A stretch of 64,000 nt of DNA. It comes from a candidate division WOR-3 bacterium. GTDB taxonomy: Bacteria > Hydrothermota > Tepidihabitantia > Tepidihabitantales > Tepidihabitantaceae. Where the stretch lies: contig JANLFQ010000001.1 in NCBI GenBank assembly GCA_024653355.1, forward strand, positions 640,576 to 704,575, in the 5' to 3' direction. Both the position numbers and the translations under genes were made by a program. The notes beneath the pieces were generated by a model, which was not told the origin of the DNA, did no database searches, and was given only the letters and a program-made list of their open reading frames with translations. This document shows positions 47,823-58,342 of this stretch, piece by piece. Position 1 is the first letter of the stretch; every line of letters starts with the position of its first letter.

Positions 47823-50267
47823 ATGGCTATGCAGGAAAGATTTACCGAGAGGGTTCGCAAAGTAATGTCCTATGCCCGGCAGGAGGCAATCAGGCTCCAT
47901 CACGACTACATCGGGACCGAACACATCTTGTTGGGAATTGTCAAAGAAGGTGAAGGTGTTGCCGCGGTTGTCCTCACTAACCTGGGCATCAACCTTGATG
48001 ACCTGCGTCGGGCAGTAGAAAATGCGGTGCCCGCCGGGTTTGAAACCCTGGTCCTGGGTGAGGTACCGCTGAATCAGGAGGCAAAATCGGCGCTCAACTT
48101 TGCGGTTGATGAAGCCCGCAAGATGAACCACACCTATGTCGGCACCGAACACCTCCTTCTGGGACTTTTGCGCGAAGAGCGGGGTGTTGCCTGTCAGGTC
48201 CTCCAGTCACTGGGTATTGATATTGAACTGGTCCGGCAAGAGACCATCCGGCTTCTGAGCGGTGACAAAGGAACCGCTGGCGCCAAAACCCGTTCCAAGA
48301 CCCCGGCACTGGACTACTTCTCGCGCGATTTGACCCAACTGGCGCGCGAAGAGAAACTGGACCCCATCATTGGCAGAGAAAAGGAGATTGAGCGCATTGT
48401 CCAGATTCTTGCCCGGCGTAAAAAGAACAACCCGGTTTTAATTGGCGAAGCCGGGGTAGGCAAAACCGCAATTGTTGAAGGGCTTGCCCAGCGCATTGTT
48501 GTCGGCCGGGTGCCCAATGTGTTAAAGAACAAACGGGTTCTGGCGCTCGATATGGCGGCGATTGTTGCCGGCACCAAGTATCGGGGCCAGTTTGAAGAAC
48601 GCCTGAAATCAATCCTGAATGAGATTCAACATCATGGCGACTGCATCATATTTATCGACGAAATCCACACGATTGTCGGTGCCGGTGCTGCGGAAGGCGC
48701 CATTGACGCCTCCAGCATTTTGAAACCGGCTCTTGCCCGCGGTGAGATTCAGGTGATTGGTGCCACCACACCCGAAGAGTACCGGCGCTACATTGAAAAG
48801 CACTCCGCCTTGGAGCGCCGATTCCAGAAGATTATGGTCGAACCGCCGACGGTCGCCGAAACGGTCCAGATTCTCCAGGGTCTTAAAGAGAAGTACGAAC
48901 TGCACCACAATGTCACCTATGAAGATGCGGCACTTTACGCTGCTGCCTATCTTGCCGACCGCTACATCACCGACCGTTACCTGCCGGACAAGGCGATTGA
49001 TGTCATTGACGAAGCCGGCTCCCGGGTAAAACTGTTGCGCCCGGTAATCAATCCCGAACTGGACGAAATTGAAAGTAAGATTGAGAAAATCACCCGCGCC
49101 AAAGAGGAGGCGGTCCGGCGTCAGGAGTTTGAACGCGCCGCAGAACTGCGCGACGAACAGAAGAAGTTGACCGAATACCTGAAGCGGAAACGCAAGGAGT
49201 GGGAAAAGAAGGGCAGTTTTCCGGTGGTAACCGAAGAGGACATCGCCTATGTGGTCTCCTCCTGGACATCAATCCCGCTTGCCAAACTGGAAGAAAAGGA
49301 GTCCTCCCGGCTCTTGAGAATGGAAGAGGAACTGAAACAGTGGATTGTAGGCCAGGACGAGGCGATTGCCGCCATTGCCAAGGCGATTCGGCGTTCCCGC
49401 GCCGGGGTAAAAGACCCGCGCCGGCCTATCGGCTCCTTCATCTTTTTGGGTCCAACCGGCGTCGGTAAAACCGAACTGGCACGGGTTCTTGCCCGGTTTT
49501 TGTTTGGGGACGAAAACGCCCTGCTGCGGTTTGATATGTCCGAGTATATGGAGAAGTTCAATGTCTCGCGACTCGTTGGCGCGCCCCCGGGCTATGTCGG
49601 CTACGAAGAAGGTGGCCAGTTGACCGAAAAGGTACGGCGCAAACAGTATTCGGTCGTTCTCTTTGACGAAATCGAAAAGGCGCATCCGGATGTGTTCAAC
49701 ATCCTGCTGCAGATTCTTGACGATGGTCAGATAACCGATTCGCTGGGCAGAAAGGTCAACTTCAAAAACACCGTAATAATAATGACCTCGAACATCGCCT
49801 CTACCGAAATCCGTGGCCTGTCCGGTATCGGCTTTACCCCGGCAACACCTGAGGTGAACTACGAAAACATCCGGGACAAGGTTATGACCGAAGTCAAGAG
49901 GGTGTTCCGACCGGAGTTCCTGAATCGGGTTGATGAGGTAATTGTGTTCCGGCCCTTGGACCGACCGCAGATGGAGGCGATTGTCGACATCCAGTTGCGG
50001 GAACTTTCCCGGCGCCTGGAAGAGAAAAAGATTTCCCTTGAATTGACACCAGCCGCAAAAGAACTTCTGGTTCAGGAAGGGTTTGACCCGCAGTATGGTG
50101 CCCGACCAATTAAACGGGCGCTGCGTCGCCTTCTTGAGGACCCGCTTGCCGAAGAACTGCTCCGCGGTTGCCTCGCCGAGAACGCCAAAATTCTGGTTGA
50201 CCGCGATGGCGACCGACTGATTTTCCGGGAGTCGGCCCGAGAAGCAGAAGCGCCGATCAAGGAATGA
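47823..50267 (+). CDS. clpC: ATP-dependent Clp protease ATP-binding subunit ClpC
   Basis: Clp-N repeats (GTEHILLG), [11 protein letters not shown] coiled coil, [11 protein letters not shown] loop, GARP; ATG 47829 is an alternative start. Confidence 0.96.
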   Translation: MAMQERFTERVRKVMSYARQEAIRLHHDYIGTEHILLGIVKEGEGVAAVVLTNLGINLDDLRRAVENAVPAGFETLVLGEVPLNQEAKSALNFAVDEARKMNHTYVGTEHLLLGLLREERGVACQVLQSLGIDIELVRQETIRLLSGDKGTAGAKTRSKTPALDYFSRDLTQLAREEKLDPIIGREKEIERIVQILARRKKNNPVLIGEAGVGKTAIVEGLAQRIVVGRVPNVLKNKRVLALDMAAIVAGTKYRGQFEERLKSILNEIQHHGDCIIFIDEIHTIVGAGAAEGAIDASSILKPALARGEIQVIGATTPEEYRRYIEKHSALERRFQKIMVEPPTVAETVQILQGLKEKYELHHNVTYEDAALYAAAYLADRYITDRYLPDKAIDVIDEAGSRVKLLRPVINPELDEIESKIEKITRAKEEAVRRQEFERAAELRDEQKKLTEYLKRKRKEWEKKGSFPVVTEEDIAYVVSSWTSIPLAKLEEKESSRLLRMEEELKQWIVGQDEAIAAIAKAIRRSRAGVKDPRRPIGSFIFLGPTGVGKTELARVLARFLFGDENALLRFDMSEYMEKFNVSRLVGAPPGYVGYEEGGQLTEKVRRKQYSVVLFDEIEKAHPDVFNILLQILDDGQITDSLGRKVNFKNTVIIMTSNIASTEIRGLSGIGFTPATPEVNYENIRDKVMTEVKRVFRPEFLNRVDEVIVFRPLDRPQMEAIVDIQLRELSRRLEEKKISLELTPAAKELLVQEGFDPQYGARPIKRALRRLLEDPLAEELLRGCLAENAKILVDRDGDRLIFRESAREAEAPIKE

Positions 50268-52501
50268 CATCCCTTTTACTGGCGCTTTTGCTTGCGACCC
50301 AGTGGAGTTTAGATACCAACCGGTTAGTTCTTCTCGACATCTCTGCCCAGACTAAAAACACCGACCCCAACCTCGTCATCCGTGCGGCCGGTTTGACGCC
50401 AAAATCGGTTTACACGACGGGTAGTTTCCGTACCGCATTAGCCGAAGCCATCAGAAAGATTTACGAACTGGGTCTGTTTGCGCAAATTCGTGCCGAGACG
50501 ACGATGGTTGCCGATGGTGTTAAACTGAACTTTGTCCTTGAAGAGTATCCGAAACTCAAATCGGTCCAGTTCGAGGGCTATCGCCGGGTCAAGAAAAAGG
50601 ACCTGCAATCAAAAGTAAAACTGCGCGAAGGCGAAATCCTGACCGAAAAGAAGGTTTTTGACCTGAAACAGGAACTGCTTAAACTCTATAAACAGAAGGG
50701 TTTTCTCCTTGTCAAAATTGAGCCCCAGCAATCGCGTCCTGATTCAACCGGCGCCGTGGTCCTCACCTATCAGATTGACGAAGGCGACCCGGTGCGTATC
50801 CGCAAAATTGAAATCTACGGCAACGAAAATTTTACCGACCAGCAGATTAAAAAGAAACTCACCAACAAAGAGAAGGTCTGGTATCGCAAGGGGCAGTTAA
50901 AAGAAGACGAGTTTGCCAAAGACCTCGACCGTATCGTCGAATTTTACAAACAGCGCGGCTTCATTGAAGCCCGGGTCCTTGACTACGAGATGAAGTACGA
51001 CCAGGGCTGGGTGGACATCACCATCTATGTCGCGGAAGGTAAGAAGTACTTCTTCGGCAACTTTACATTTCAGGGCGATTCGGTCATTAGCGCCGAACGG
51101 CTCAAAAAACTGGTCCGCTATCGACCGGGTGCGGTTTACAACATCAAACTTGCCCAGAACACCCTGACCGACATCTATTCGCTCTACGCTGAAGAAGGCT
51201 ACATTTATGCCCAGGTCAGCCCAATAGAACAGATTAGCGCCGACACCGTGCACATCACCTACGAAATTACCGAAGGGCTGCCGGCGTTTATTCGGCTCGT
51301 CCAGATTGAAGGCAATCAACAAACTAAAGACAAGGTCATCCGTCGGGAAATCAGTTCGTTACCGGGCTACCCTTTCAAACGGTCTGAGGTGCTGCGCAGC
51401 CAGCGCGACATATTCAACCTCGGCTTCTTTGAAGATGTTTCCCTTGACTATCGCCGCGTTGACACCACCGGCGCAATTGACCTTATCTACAAGGTCAAGG
51501 AGAAAAGTTTCTTTGGCACCATCGGCGCCGGTGTTTCCTATTCTGCCCAGGATCAGTTCACCGGCTATGTTGAACTCCAGCAACCCAACCTCTTGGGACA
51601 GGGCTGGCGCACCAACCTCAAACTGGAAAAGGGCAGCAAAAAAACCAACTTCCAGTTGAGTTTTACCGAACCCTGGCTTTTTGACACTCCAACCTCGGCC
51701 GGTTTTGACGCTTTTTATCTCACCCGGGATTACGACTACTACAACAAACAGGAGATCAGCGGTGGCGTTTCTTTCTCCCGGCCGCTGATGCTTGACTACA
51801 CCCGCGCCTATCTCGGTTTACGGGTAAGTGATGCCTATGTCCCGCCCGCTTCTATCACCGCCAGTTACAAGCCTTCAAAACTGTTCAATGTTTACCGGGA
51901 CACAGTGCATAAAACCTCGTTTATTCCTTCAATCACCCTGACGCGCGACTCGCGCGACTACATCTACAACCCCTTGACCGGTTCGGCAATAACCTACACC
52001 GTTGACCTTTCTGTCGGTGACATCCGGTTCCAGCGTCACACCATCGACATCACCCAGCACCTTCCCCTTTTCTGGAAATTTGGCTTAAAAGGCAGAACCC
52101 GGTTCGGCTACATCACGGGCTTCTCGCCCGCTGATACCGTACCCCTTTACGAGAGGTTTTACCCCGGCGGCACCGGTCCTGATGGTATTCGGGGTTATGG
52201 CGAGCGCACGGTCGGTCCTTACGACGCTGGCTATCCGGTTGGCGGCAGAATGCTTGCCCTCTTCTCGCTGGAGTACAAACTTCGACTCAACCCGCAACTG
52301 TCATTCCTCGCCTTTTTCGATGCGGGCAACACCTGGGACCGGCCAAACCAGTTCAACCTTTCTGACCTGAAAAGGGGTGCGGGAATCGGTGTTCGTCTGG
52401 AAATACCGATGCTCGGTTTGATTGGGTTTGACTTGGGCTACGGGTTTGATAAAGCCCGACCGGGCTGGGAACCCCACTTCCAGTTAGGAACCACCTTTTA
52501 A
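50264..52501 (+). CDS. bamA: Outer membrane protein assembly factor BamA
   Basis: Multiple POTRAs ([20 protein letters not shown]), FTEPW, IRGY, FFDAGN, C-terminal Phe. Confidence 0.94.
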   Translation: MTSLLLALLLATQWSLDTNRLVLLDISAQTKNTDPNLVIRAAGLTPKSVYTTGSFRTALAEAIRKIYELGLFAQIRAETTMVADGVKLNFVLEEYPKLKSVQFEGYRRVKKKDLQSKVKLREGEILTEKKVFDLKQELLKLYKQKGFLLVKIEPQQSRPDSTGAVVLTYQIDEGDPVRIRKIEIYGNENFTDQQIKKKLTNKEKVWYRKGQLKEDEFAKDLDRIVEFYKQRGFIEARVLDYEMKYDQGWVDITIYVAEGKKYFFGNFTFQGDSVISAERLKKLVRYRPGAVYNIKLAQNTLTDIYSLYAEEGYIYAQVSPIEQISADTVHITYEITEGLPAFIRLVQIEGNQQTKDKVIRREISSLPGYPFKRSEVLRSQRDIFNLGFFEDVSLDYRRVDTTGAIDLIYKVKEKSFFGTIGAGVSYSAQDQFTGYVELQQPNLLGQGWRTNLKLEKGSKKTNFQLSFTEPWLFDTPTSAGFDAFYLTRDYDYYNKQEISGGVSFSRPLMLDYTRAYLGLRVSDAYVPPASITASYKPSKLFNVYRDTVHKTSFIPSITLTRDSRDYIYNPLTGSAITYTVDLSVGDIRFQRHTIDITQHLPLFWKFGLKGRTRFGYITGFSPADTVPLYERFYPGGTGPDGIRGYGERTVGPYDAGYPVGGRMLALFSLEYKLRLNPQLSFLAFFDAGNTWDRPNQFNLSDLKRGAGIGVRLEIPMLGLIGFDLGYGFDKARPGWEPHFQLGTTF

Positions 52502-52549
52502 ACATCTAAATCGTTAAATCTTTCCTATCTGCCGAACACTATCTCTGAA

Positions 52550-54178
52550 TCACCGTGTTTTCACCAGCCTTGTCTTCTGAATTCCCGAAGGACCAACAAG
52601 AAAGTAAATGCCCGGAGTTAGGTTGTGGATATCGTTCGAACCCGTTTGCAAGCGCATTAACTTTCTGCCCATCGGGTCCAAAACATCGGCAAAATCAGCA
52701 CCACTCAACATAACAACATCATTGACCATTAACGAACGCCGATTATCACCAAGCCTGATAACCGGTTCTTCCTGTACCGCCTGCGGATATTGCTCAATCG
52801 GTCCAAGCGGGTCAAGATTGCGTCCCCGCAAGCCGGAGTAGTCAATCGGGTAGCGCCGCGCCTTAAACACCTGATTCGCACCCGCGGGTAAAATTCTACC
52901 CTGCTCCTGTGGACCATATCGAGTAACCGGGTTAACATATTCCCAGACCTGGCGACCATCAGGCGTTACCTCCAGCATCGTTCCGTTCAAGCCACTACAT
53001 ATCAAAGTGTTACCATTGGGCAAACGCTGACAGCCCGAAATCAGACTGGAGTACAGACTCTCGGGTATTGGTGCAACATATTGCCATATCGGCGCCGCAG
53101 GCCCGTATGCCGAATCCGCACCAAGATGGTAAAACCCAGCCGAATCCATCGGCGGCACAAACTCGTCAACGGTTGAAAATGTCGGAACCCGACCGTAACC
53201 GTTGTTGAAAAGTAAGATATTTCCGGCACCGGGCAGTCCCGGTTCAATCCATTGCGCATCGTGCTGGCCAAAAAGTGTCTGACCTATCGTTTCCTGACGG
53301 CGATAAGTTCGGGGATTTCCCCAGCGATAGAGCAAATCACCACCTCTGCCATAGCGGCCACCAGAGTGGCTCCGGGCTTGTTCAATCGTTGTTGAATGGT
53401 CAATAACCCAGACTTCAGAGAACTGCCGGCTGCTTATTATAACCTGGTCAAGTTCTTGATTGTAGGCGACGCTGTTACAGTGATTCCAGTCGGCAACCGC
53501 CATTCCTGATACATAATTCAGGTCAATCAACTCGGGATGGGCACGGGGGTCACCGTAGTTGGGCTTAGTTGAATCGTAATCCTGAATCAGATGGTCCCAG
53601 ACATGCCACTCCCATACAATTGAATTCGTTGCCGGATTGACTTCAATTAAGTGGTCAGGCCAGAGCGCGTTGTAAATTAGAAGGTTGGGGTTTCTCCCTG
53701 CCGCAATCGCCTCTTCCCGACTCTTCAACTCCCAGGCAATCATCAAGATGTTGCCATTTGGTAACATTATCGCATCGTGATGCTGGCAATAGGTTGAACT
53801 TGAGTAATCAAATGCCCAGACCACCGCACCGTCCCAATCAACCAGTTCTACCCGACCGCCCGAACCACCGCCACCGAAAAACACCCCATTACCTACCTGG
53901 CAGGTTCGTAAAAGCAAGCCGTTCGGGCACAGGTTGACCGACAAACCGGGCCAATAGACACCGGTCCAGGAGTGCACCATCATTCCATTGTTGTCGATAA
54001 GATAAACTACCGTGTACGACATTGGAGCAAAAAGGGTGTAACCGGGAAAATCCGCAGTTGAGTCCCGGAAAATCAGCCCCATCGTTCTGATGTTGGCTGT
54101 GTAACCCGGGCGGGCAAACAGCAGGAGGCAAAGAACACAAAGAGCAAAACGGACTCGGTAAAGCCAAGTCACTGACAC
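52550..54178 (-). CDS. Aryl-sulfate sulfotransferase-family secreted protein with short CTD
   Basis: QHHD, DWNHCNSV, YRWGNP, GQHDAQW, ISGCQRLPNGNTLI; PGIYFL tail; SD AGGAGG. Confidence 0.85.
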   Translation of the reverse strand: MSVTWLYRVRFALCVLCLLLFARPGYTANIRTMGLIFRDSTADFPGYTLFAPMSYTVVYLIDNNGMMVHSWTGVYWPGLSVNLCPNGLLLRTCQVGNGVFFGGGGSGGRVELVDWDGAVVWAFDYSSSTYCQHHDAIMLPNGNILMIAWELKSREEAIAAGRNPNLLIYNALWPDHLIEVNPATNSIVWEWHVWDHLIQDYDSTKPNYGDPRAHPELIDLNYVSGMAVADWNHCNSVAYNQELDQVIISSRQFSEVWVIDHSTTIEQARSHSGGRYGRGGDLLYRWGNPRTYRRQETIGQTLFGQHDAQWIEPGLPGAGNILLFNNGYGRVPTFSTVDEFVPPMDSAGFYHLGADSAYGPAAPIWQYVAPIPESLYSSLISGCQRLPNGNTLICSGLNGTMLEVTPDGRQVWEYVNPVTRYGPQEQGRILPAGANQVFKARRYPIDYSGLRGRNLDPLGPIEQYPQAVQEEPVIRLGDNRRSLMVNDVVMLSGADFADVLDPMGRKLMRLQTGSNDIHNLTPGIYFLVGPSGIQKTRLVKTR

Positions 54179-54236
54179 CTCCTTTTAAAAATTCCACACG
54201 AACTCATGACGCAATGCTTTCCTCACCAGCAGTAAG

Positions 54237-54343
54237 ATGATAACACAACCGTCACCGGAGTCAATAAGCTTCGATAAACGAAAATTGGGCTGCGAATAAG
54301 CAACTTTGTAACAAATTGACTTAATAACTTTGCGTAGTATAAT
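54237..54343. promoter_or_regulatory. Divergent sigma70 promoters
   Basis: Minus: TTGACT(54264-54259)-N16-TATCAT; plus: TTGACT(54316-54321)-N16-TATAAT followed directly by AGGAGG. Confidence 0.7.
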
Positions 54344-54361
54344 AAATATCAGGAGGGATAA

Positions 54362-55213
54362 ATGAAAAAATACAACAACAATCCTGTGCTACTCAACATA
54401 GGCATCTGGTTTGCCCTGAGTATCACGATTGTATCAATGGTGGCTGACATCATTGTAAGACCGCCACTGCTGTGGCTCACCCTAATGCCCACATACGGAC
54501 TTGCGGTTTTCGTTTTTCTTCACAGTTTGAAGTTCTGGGAAACGAGGCAGGCGCTGTGGTTTCTCGCCCTCGGGCTGATACTACCCTACATCGCTGAATA
54601 CCTTGGAACCAACTTTGGCGCCATCTTTGGTAGCCACTGGTTTGCCCGCATCCGGGACCTGCGTATTCAAGTTGGGGTAATGCTTCCGGGCAGGATTCCA
54701 TTAAACACCGTCCTTCTCTGGTATGCCTTACTCTATCTTGTATTCTTAACCGGAATCTACCTTGTTGATGCAACTCCAAAATACTTAAGCGCTTACAGTG
54801 CCACACCCCTGGCGGCAGCATTTCTTATCACACTCTGGCAACTGACTGCTGGTCCAGTTGCAATCAACCGGGGTACCATCGGCTTCGTCAGTAAAGGTTT
54901 CTATCACGGCATACCCCTTTCTAACTTTGCGGGCTGGTTTGCCACAACACTGTTTATCATATCCTTTTTGCAGGCAATCGAACCCAATCTGGTAAACGCC
55001 GCCCGCTTTTACAAGTCTAAAAGCCCAATCCCCATCCTGCCGCTACTCTTGCTCGGGGTGAGCATACTACATAATACGCTCCTCTGTTTCCGAATGGAAC
55101 TTCTTGGTGCCGCCTGGTTGGGTGTTGCGGTTCTGCTTTTGTACTCACTCGCTATCGCCATCCGGGCAAAAAGCCACACGGCGATTCAACTGGAGGCACT
55201 GCCGATCGCCTGA
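54362..55213 (+). CDS. CruF/DUF422-like membrane protein (carotenoid biosynthesis family), divergent
   Basis: EYLG...FG, IPL...W, GIPLSNFAGW motifs; multiple TM helices. Confidence 0.65.
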   Translation: MKKYNNNPVLLNIGIWFALSITIVSMVADIIVRPPLLWLTLMPTYGLAVFVFLHSLKFWETRQALWFLALGLILPYIAEYLGTNFGAIFGSHWFARIRDLRIQVGVMLPGRIPLNTVLLWYALLYLVFLTGIYLVDATPKYLSAYSATPLAAAFLITLWQLTAGPVAINRGTIGFVSKGFYHGIPLSNFAGWFATTLFIISFLQAIEPNLVNAARFYKSKSPIPILPLLLLGVSILHNTLLCFRMELLGAAWLGVAVLLLYSLAIAIRAKSHTAIQLEALPIA

Positions 55214-55227
55214 TAGCAACTTAAATA

Positions 55228-55254
55228 TTGACTTATTTTATAATCAAATATAAT
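55228..55254 (+). promoter_or_regulatory. Sigma70 promoter, leaderless transcript
   Basis: TTGACT-N15-TATAAT-7 nt-ATG. Confidence 0.6.
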
Positions 55255-55261
55255 AAACCCA

Positions 55262-57865
55262 ATGGTTCTATTGCTCGCTTTACTATCAATCCAGTTCACT
55301 TTAACCGACCTTATTCAACAACAGGACTACGCCGCTGCCGTCCAATATTGCCACCAGCGATTAAACAGGAAGTCCGATGACCTGCCAATTATGCACAACC
55401 TCGCCCGGGTGTTTGCTCGCTGGCACCGATTTGACTCCAGCCTTTACTGGTGGGAAAAGGCGCTAAAGATTAACCCGAATGACGATTCGGCAATTGTGGG
55501 TCGCTGGCAGGCGCTTTATGAACTGAACAAAAACGACCCCTCTCGTATCGACTCAATCCGGCTTCTGATAAAAACCGAGGCACTACCCTATTTCCTCGAC
55601 ACCTCCTCTTACCGCAGTCAGGTTCTCGGTTATCAGGGGATGATACTTGCTGACACCGTTCTGGGCAATAAAGCCGCCGGGGTTTTAACCGCTCTTTTTC
55701 CGGACTCTGCCCTGGGCTATGAGCTAATTGGCGCAATGTTCTACGACTCGCTTTATCCAATATGGAACAACGACACCGCAAAGGTGCTGGTAATCTCTCG
55801 TTTTCTCACCCGCTATCCCAAAACCGAATGGCGCGCGACATTTTACTTTTTCCTTTTAAGTTCCCTGTACGCACTGAAAGACACATTCGGGCTGGTAGAT
55901 ATTACCCAGCAGATGTTAAGGGACGACAGCCTTGACCCATTCCGCTACCGCTATGCCGCCGCACTGTTTAACCGTCTGCGGTTTCGGCCCCGAATTGCCG
56001 AAATCTATGCCCGGCGGGCAATCGAATTGGAACCGCGGGCACGAAAACCTCGCAACAAACCCGAGGAAGAGTGGCAACTGGAATATCCACCGCTGTTTGG
56101 GCTTGCCCGTACCGCCCTTGCCGAAGCGCTCATAATTCAGCATCGGCACCTTGAAGCATTGCCCTACCTCAAAGAGGCGATAAACCGGTTCCGCTGGGAT
56201 GTTCAGAATGAAATGACGCCCGCACCCTTCTACTGCCTGCTGGGCGAAGTTTATGAGTATCAGGGCAAAAATGACAGCGCCCAACTCGCCTATCTGAAGG
56301 CACTCGCCTATGGCGACTCCCGTAACTATTGGACGGCTCGGGCTGATACCGCACTGCAGCGGTTGGGAATAAGCGGACCAGAGCAACTTGTCCGTGCACG
56401 CCAACTTTTGAACTACTCCGGACCAATTTTCACCGATGTCACCGACTCGGTTGGTCTCACCGGTCGCAATGAAACAAGGGTTGCCTGGGGTGATTACAAC
56501 AACGACGGGTTTGAAGACCTCTTACTCAATGGCTGCCGCCTGTTCCGGAACGATTCGGGCATTCGGTTTACCGATGTGACCGACGCCGCAGGTATTTCAG
56601 CGATTAAAGGGCGTGGCGGTATCTGGTTCGACTTCAACAACGACTACTGGCTTGACCTCTATATCAGCGGTGCCGACACCGTTGATTACCTTCTGAAAAA
56701 TTGTTTCGGTAAATTTACCAATGTTACCGAATCGCTCGGTTCGCCTTCTGACCCATATCCGACCGAAGGCGTTGGTGCCGCCGATTTCGACCAGGATGGC
56801 TGGATTGACCTTTACTGCGCCAACTACGAAAACTGGGAAACCCACACCTACTACCCGGACCGGCTCTATAAAAATGAACAGGGCTTTTTCAAAGATGTCA
56901 CCGAGCCTGCTGGCATCATCCCGCCTTACGGCGAAAATCTTGCCGGACGTGGTGTCAACTGGGCAGACTTTGACGACGATGGCTATCCGGACTGCTATGT
57001 GTCAAATTACCGTCTCGGCCCGAATTTCCTCTGGCACAACAAAGGAGATGGCACATTTGAAAACCTTGCCCCAAAATTAGGTGTCGCCGGTGATGAAGTA
57101 AAAGGCTGGTATGGGCACTCAATTGGCTCGGCTTGGGCTGATTACGACAACGACGGCGACCTCGACCTTTTCGTTGCCAACCTTGCCCATCCCCGTTACA
57201 TCGAGTTTTCCAACCGTTCAATCCTCTATGAAAATCGTGGGCTTAAGCAACACCCTCGATTTGTTGACCGCCGGGCACAACTTGGTATCCGTTACGAAGA
57301 AACCCATTCTGACCCCGCCTGGGCAGATGTTGACAACGACGGCGACCTTGACCTATTTATCACCTCAATTTACGAAGGCAGGCGCTCCTTCTTGTACCTC
57401 AACCAACTGATTCCCAACCCTGCGCCTCAAATCGATTTTGGCAACTTTCGTTTCCAGGAGGCAACCTACCTTGCCGGAACCCGGACCTACAACGGCTGGG
57501 GTTGTGCCTTTGCCGATTACGACAACGATGGTGACCTTGACCTCGTGGTCGGTTCCAGTTCGGGCATAAGACTGTTCCGCAACGACACCCGTAACTCAAA
57601 CCACTGGCTCAAGATAAAACTTGTTGGCACGAAACACAACGCTGCCGGTATCGGAGCGCGTATCATCGTCACCCAGGGCAAGAAACAATACCTCAGAGAA
57701 GTTGAAGGCGGTAAAGGAACTACCAGCCAAAACTCCCTCGTCCAGCACTTTGGACTGGGAAACTCAAATCAACCGGTAACGGTTAAAGTGCGCTTCGGCA
57801 TAAACTCACCGGTAATCCTGAAAGATGTCTCCCCGGACCATATGATAATTGTTACTGAACCCTGA
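55262..57865 (+). CDS. TPR + FG-GAP/VCBS repeat + ASPIC/UnbV (CRTAC1-like) exported protein
   Basis: N-terminal TPRs; repeated WADYDNDGDLDL; GIGARI, QHFGLG. Confidence 0.9.
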   Translation: MVLLLALLSIQFTLTDLIQQQDYAAAVQYCHQRLNRKSDDLPIMHNLARVFARWHRFDSSLYWWEKALKINPNDDSAIVGRWQALYELNKNDPSRIDSIRLLIKTEALPYFLDTSSYRSQVLGYQGMILADTVLGNKAAGVLTALFPDSALGYELIGAMFYDSLYPIWNNDTAKVLVISRFLTRYPKTEWRATFYFFLLSSLYALKDTFGLVDITQQMLRDDSLDPFRYRYAAALFNRLRFRPRIAEIYARRAIELEPRARKPRNKPEEEWQLEYPPLFGLARTALAEALIIQHRHLEALPYLKEAINRFRWDVQNEMTPAPFYCLLGEVYEYQGKNDSAQLAYLKALAYGDSRNYWTARADTALQRLGISGPEQLVRARQLLNYSGPIFTDVTDSVGLTGRNETRVAWGDYNNDGFEDLLLNGCRLFRNDSGIRFTDVTDAAGISAIKGRGGIWFDFNNDYWLDLYISGADTVDYLLKNCFGKFTNVTESLGSPSDPYPTEGVGAADFDQDGWIDLYCANYENWETHTYYPDRLYKNEQGFFKDVTEPAGIIPPYGENLAGRGVNWADFDDDGYPDCYVSNYRLGPNFLWHNKGDGTFENLAPKLGVAGDEVKGWYGHSIGSAWADYDNDGDLDLFVANLAHPRYIEFSNRSILYENRGLKQHPRFVDRRAQLGIRYEETHSDPAWADVDNDGDLDLFITSIYEGRRSFLYLNQLIPNPAPQIDFGNFRFQEATYLAGTRTYNGWGCAFADYDNDGDLDLVVGSSSGIRLFRNDTRNSNHWLKIKLVGTKHNAAGIGARIIVTQGKKQYLREVEGGKGTTSQNSLVQHFGLGNSNQPVTVKVRFGINSPVILKDVSPDHMIIVTEP

Positions 57866-57914
57866 CCTTAAATCTTTACCTCTTTTTTACCGGGAAAATA
57901 TTCAAAGGCATTAG

Positions 57915-57942
57915 TTGACATTATACAGTTTGCCTTTAAAAT
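57915..57942 (+). promoter_or_regulatory. Promoter of tRNA-Phe-rpsT operon
   Basis: TTGACA-N16-TAAAAT, 9 nt before tRNA G1. Confidence 0.75.
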
Positions 57943-57951
57943 TAGTTCGCT

Positions 57952-58024
57952 GCCGGGATAGCTCAGTTGGTAGAGCACGGGACTGAAAATCCCGGTGTCC
58001 ACAGTTCGATTCTGTGTCCCGGCA
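57952..58024 (+). tRNA. tRNA-Phe(GAA), CCA not encoded
   Basis: GCCGGGA/TCCCGGC acceptor; CGGGA-CTGAAAA-TCCCG anticodon arm; CACAG-TTCGATT-CTGTG T-arm. Confidence 0.96.
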
Positions 58025-58052
58025 CTTTTAGTAATAAGCCGATGGAGGACGA

Positions 58053-58310
58053 TTGGCAAAAAGAAGTTTATCGGCAATTAAACAGGCAAGAAAAAGTCTG
58101 CGCCAGCGGATGCGCAATCGCGCTCGTAAAACCGCCCTGAAAAAGGCGGTCAAACTGGTGCGGGTAGCAAAAACAAAGGAAGAAGCATTGAAAGCCTTTG
58201 CTGCTGCCCAATCGGTAATCGACCGCTGTGCCCGGCACCGTGTCATTCATCCGAACGCCGCCAGCCGGCTCAAGGCACGCCTGATGAAACAGATATCCTA
58301 TCTCTCATAA
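58053..58310 (+). CDS. rpsT: 30S ribosomal protein S20
   Basis: SAIKQAR...RN...K, IHPNAASRLKARL; TTG start with GGAGG. Confidence 0.92.
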   Translation: MAKRSLSAIKQARKSLRQRMRNRARKTALKKAVKLVRVAKTKEEALKAFAAAQSVIDRCARHRVIHPNAASRLKARLMKQISYLS

Positions 58311-58342
58311 ATCTTGCGCCGCTGCTGGGGTGAACAGGGTGA

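Noticed and set aside
49269..50270. 333-aa antisense ORF, and other long shadow ORFs opposite clpC, mutS, hppA and the TPR gene
   Set aside because: Fully antisense to conserved genes, no motifs; explained by codon bias
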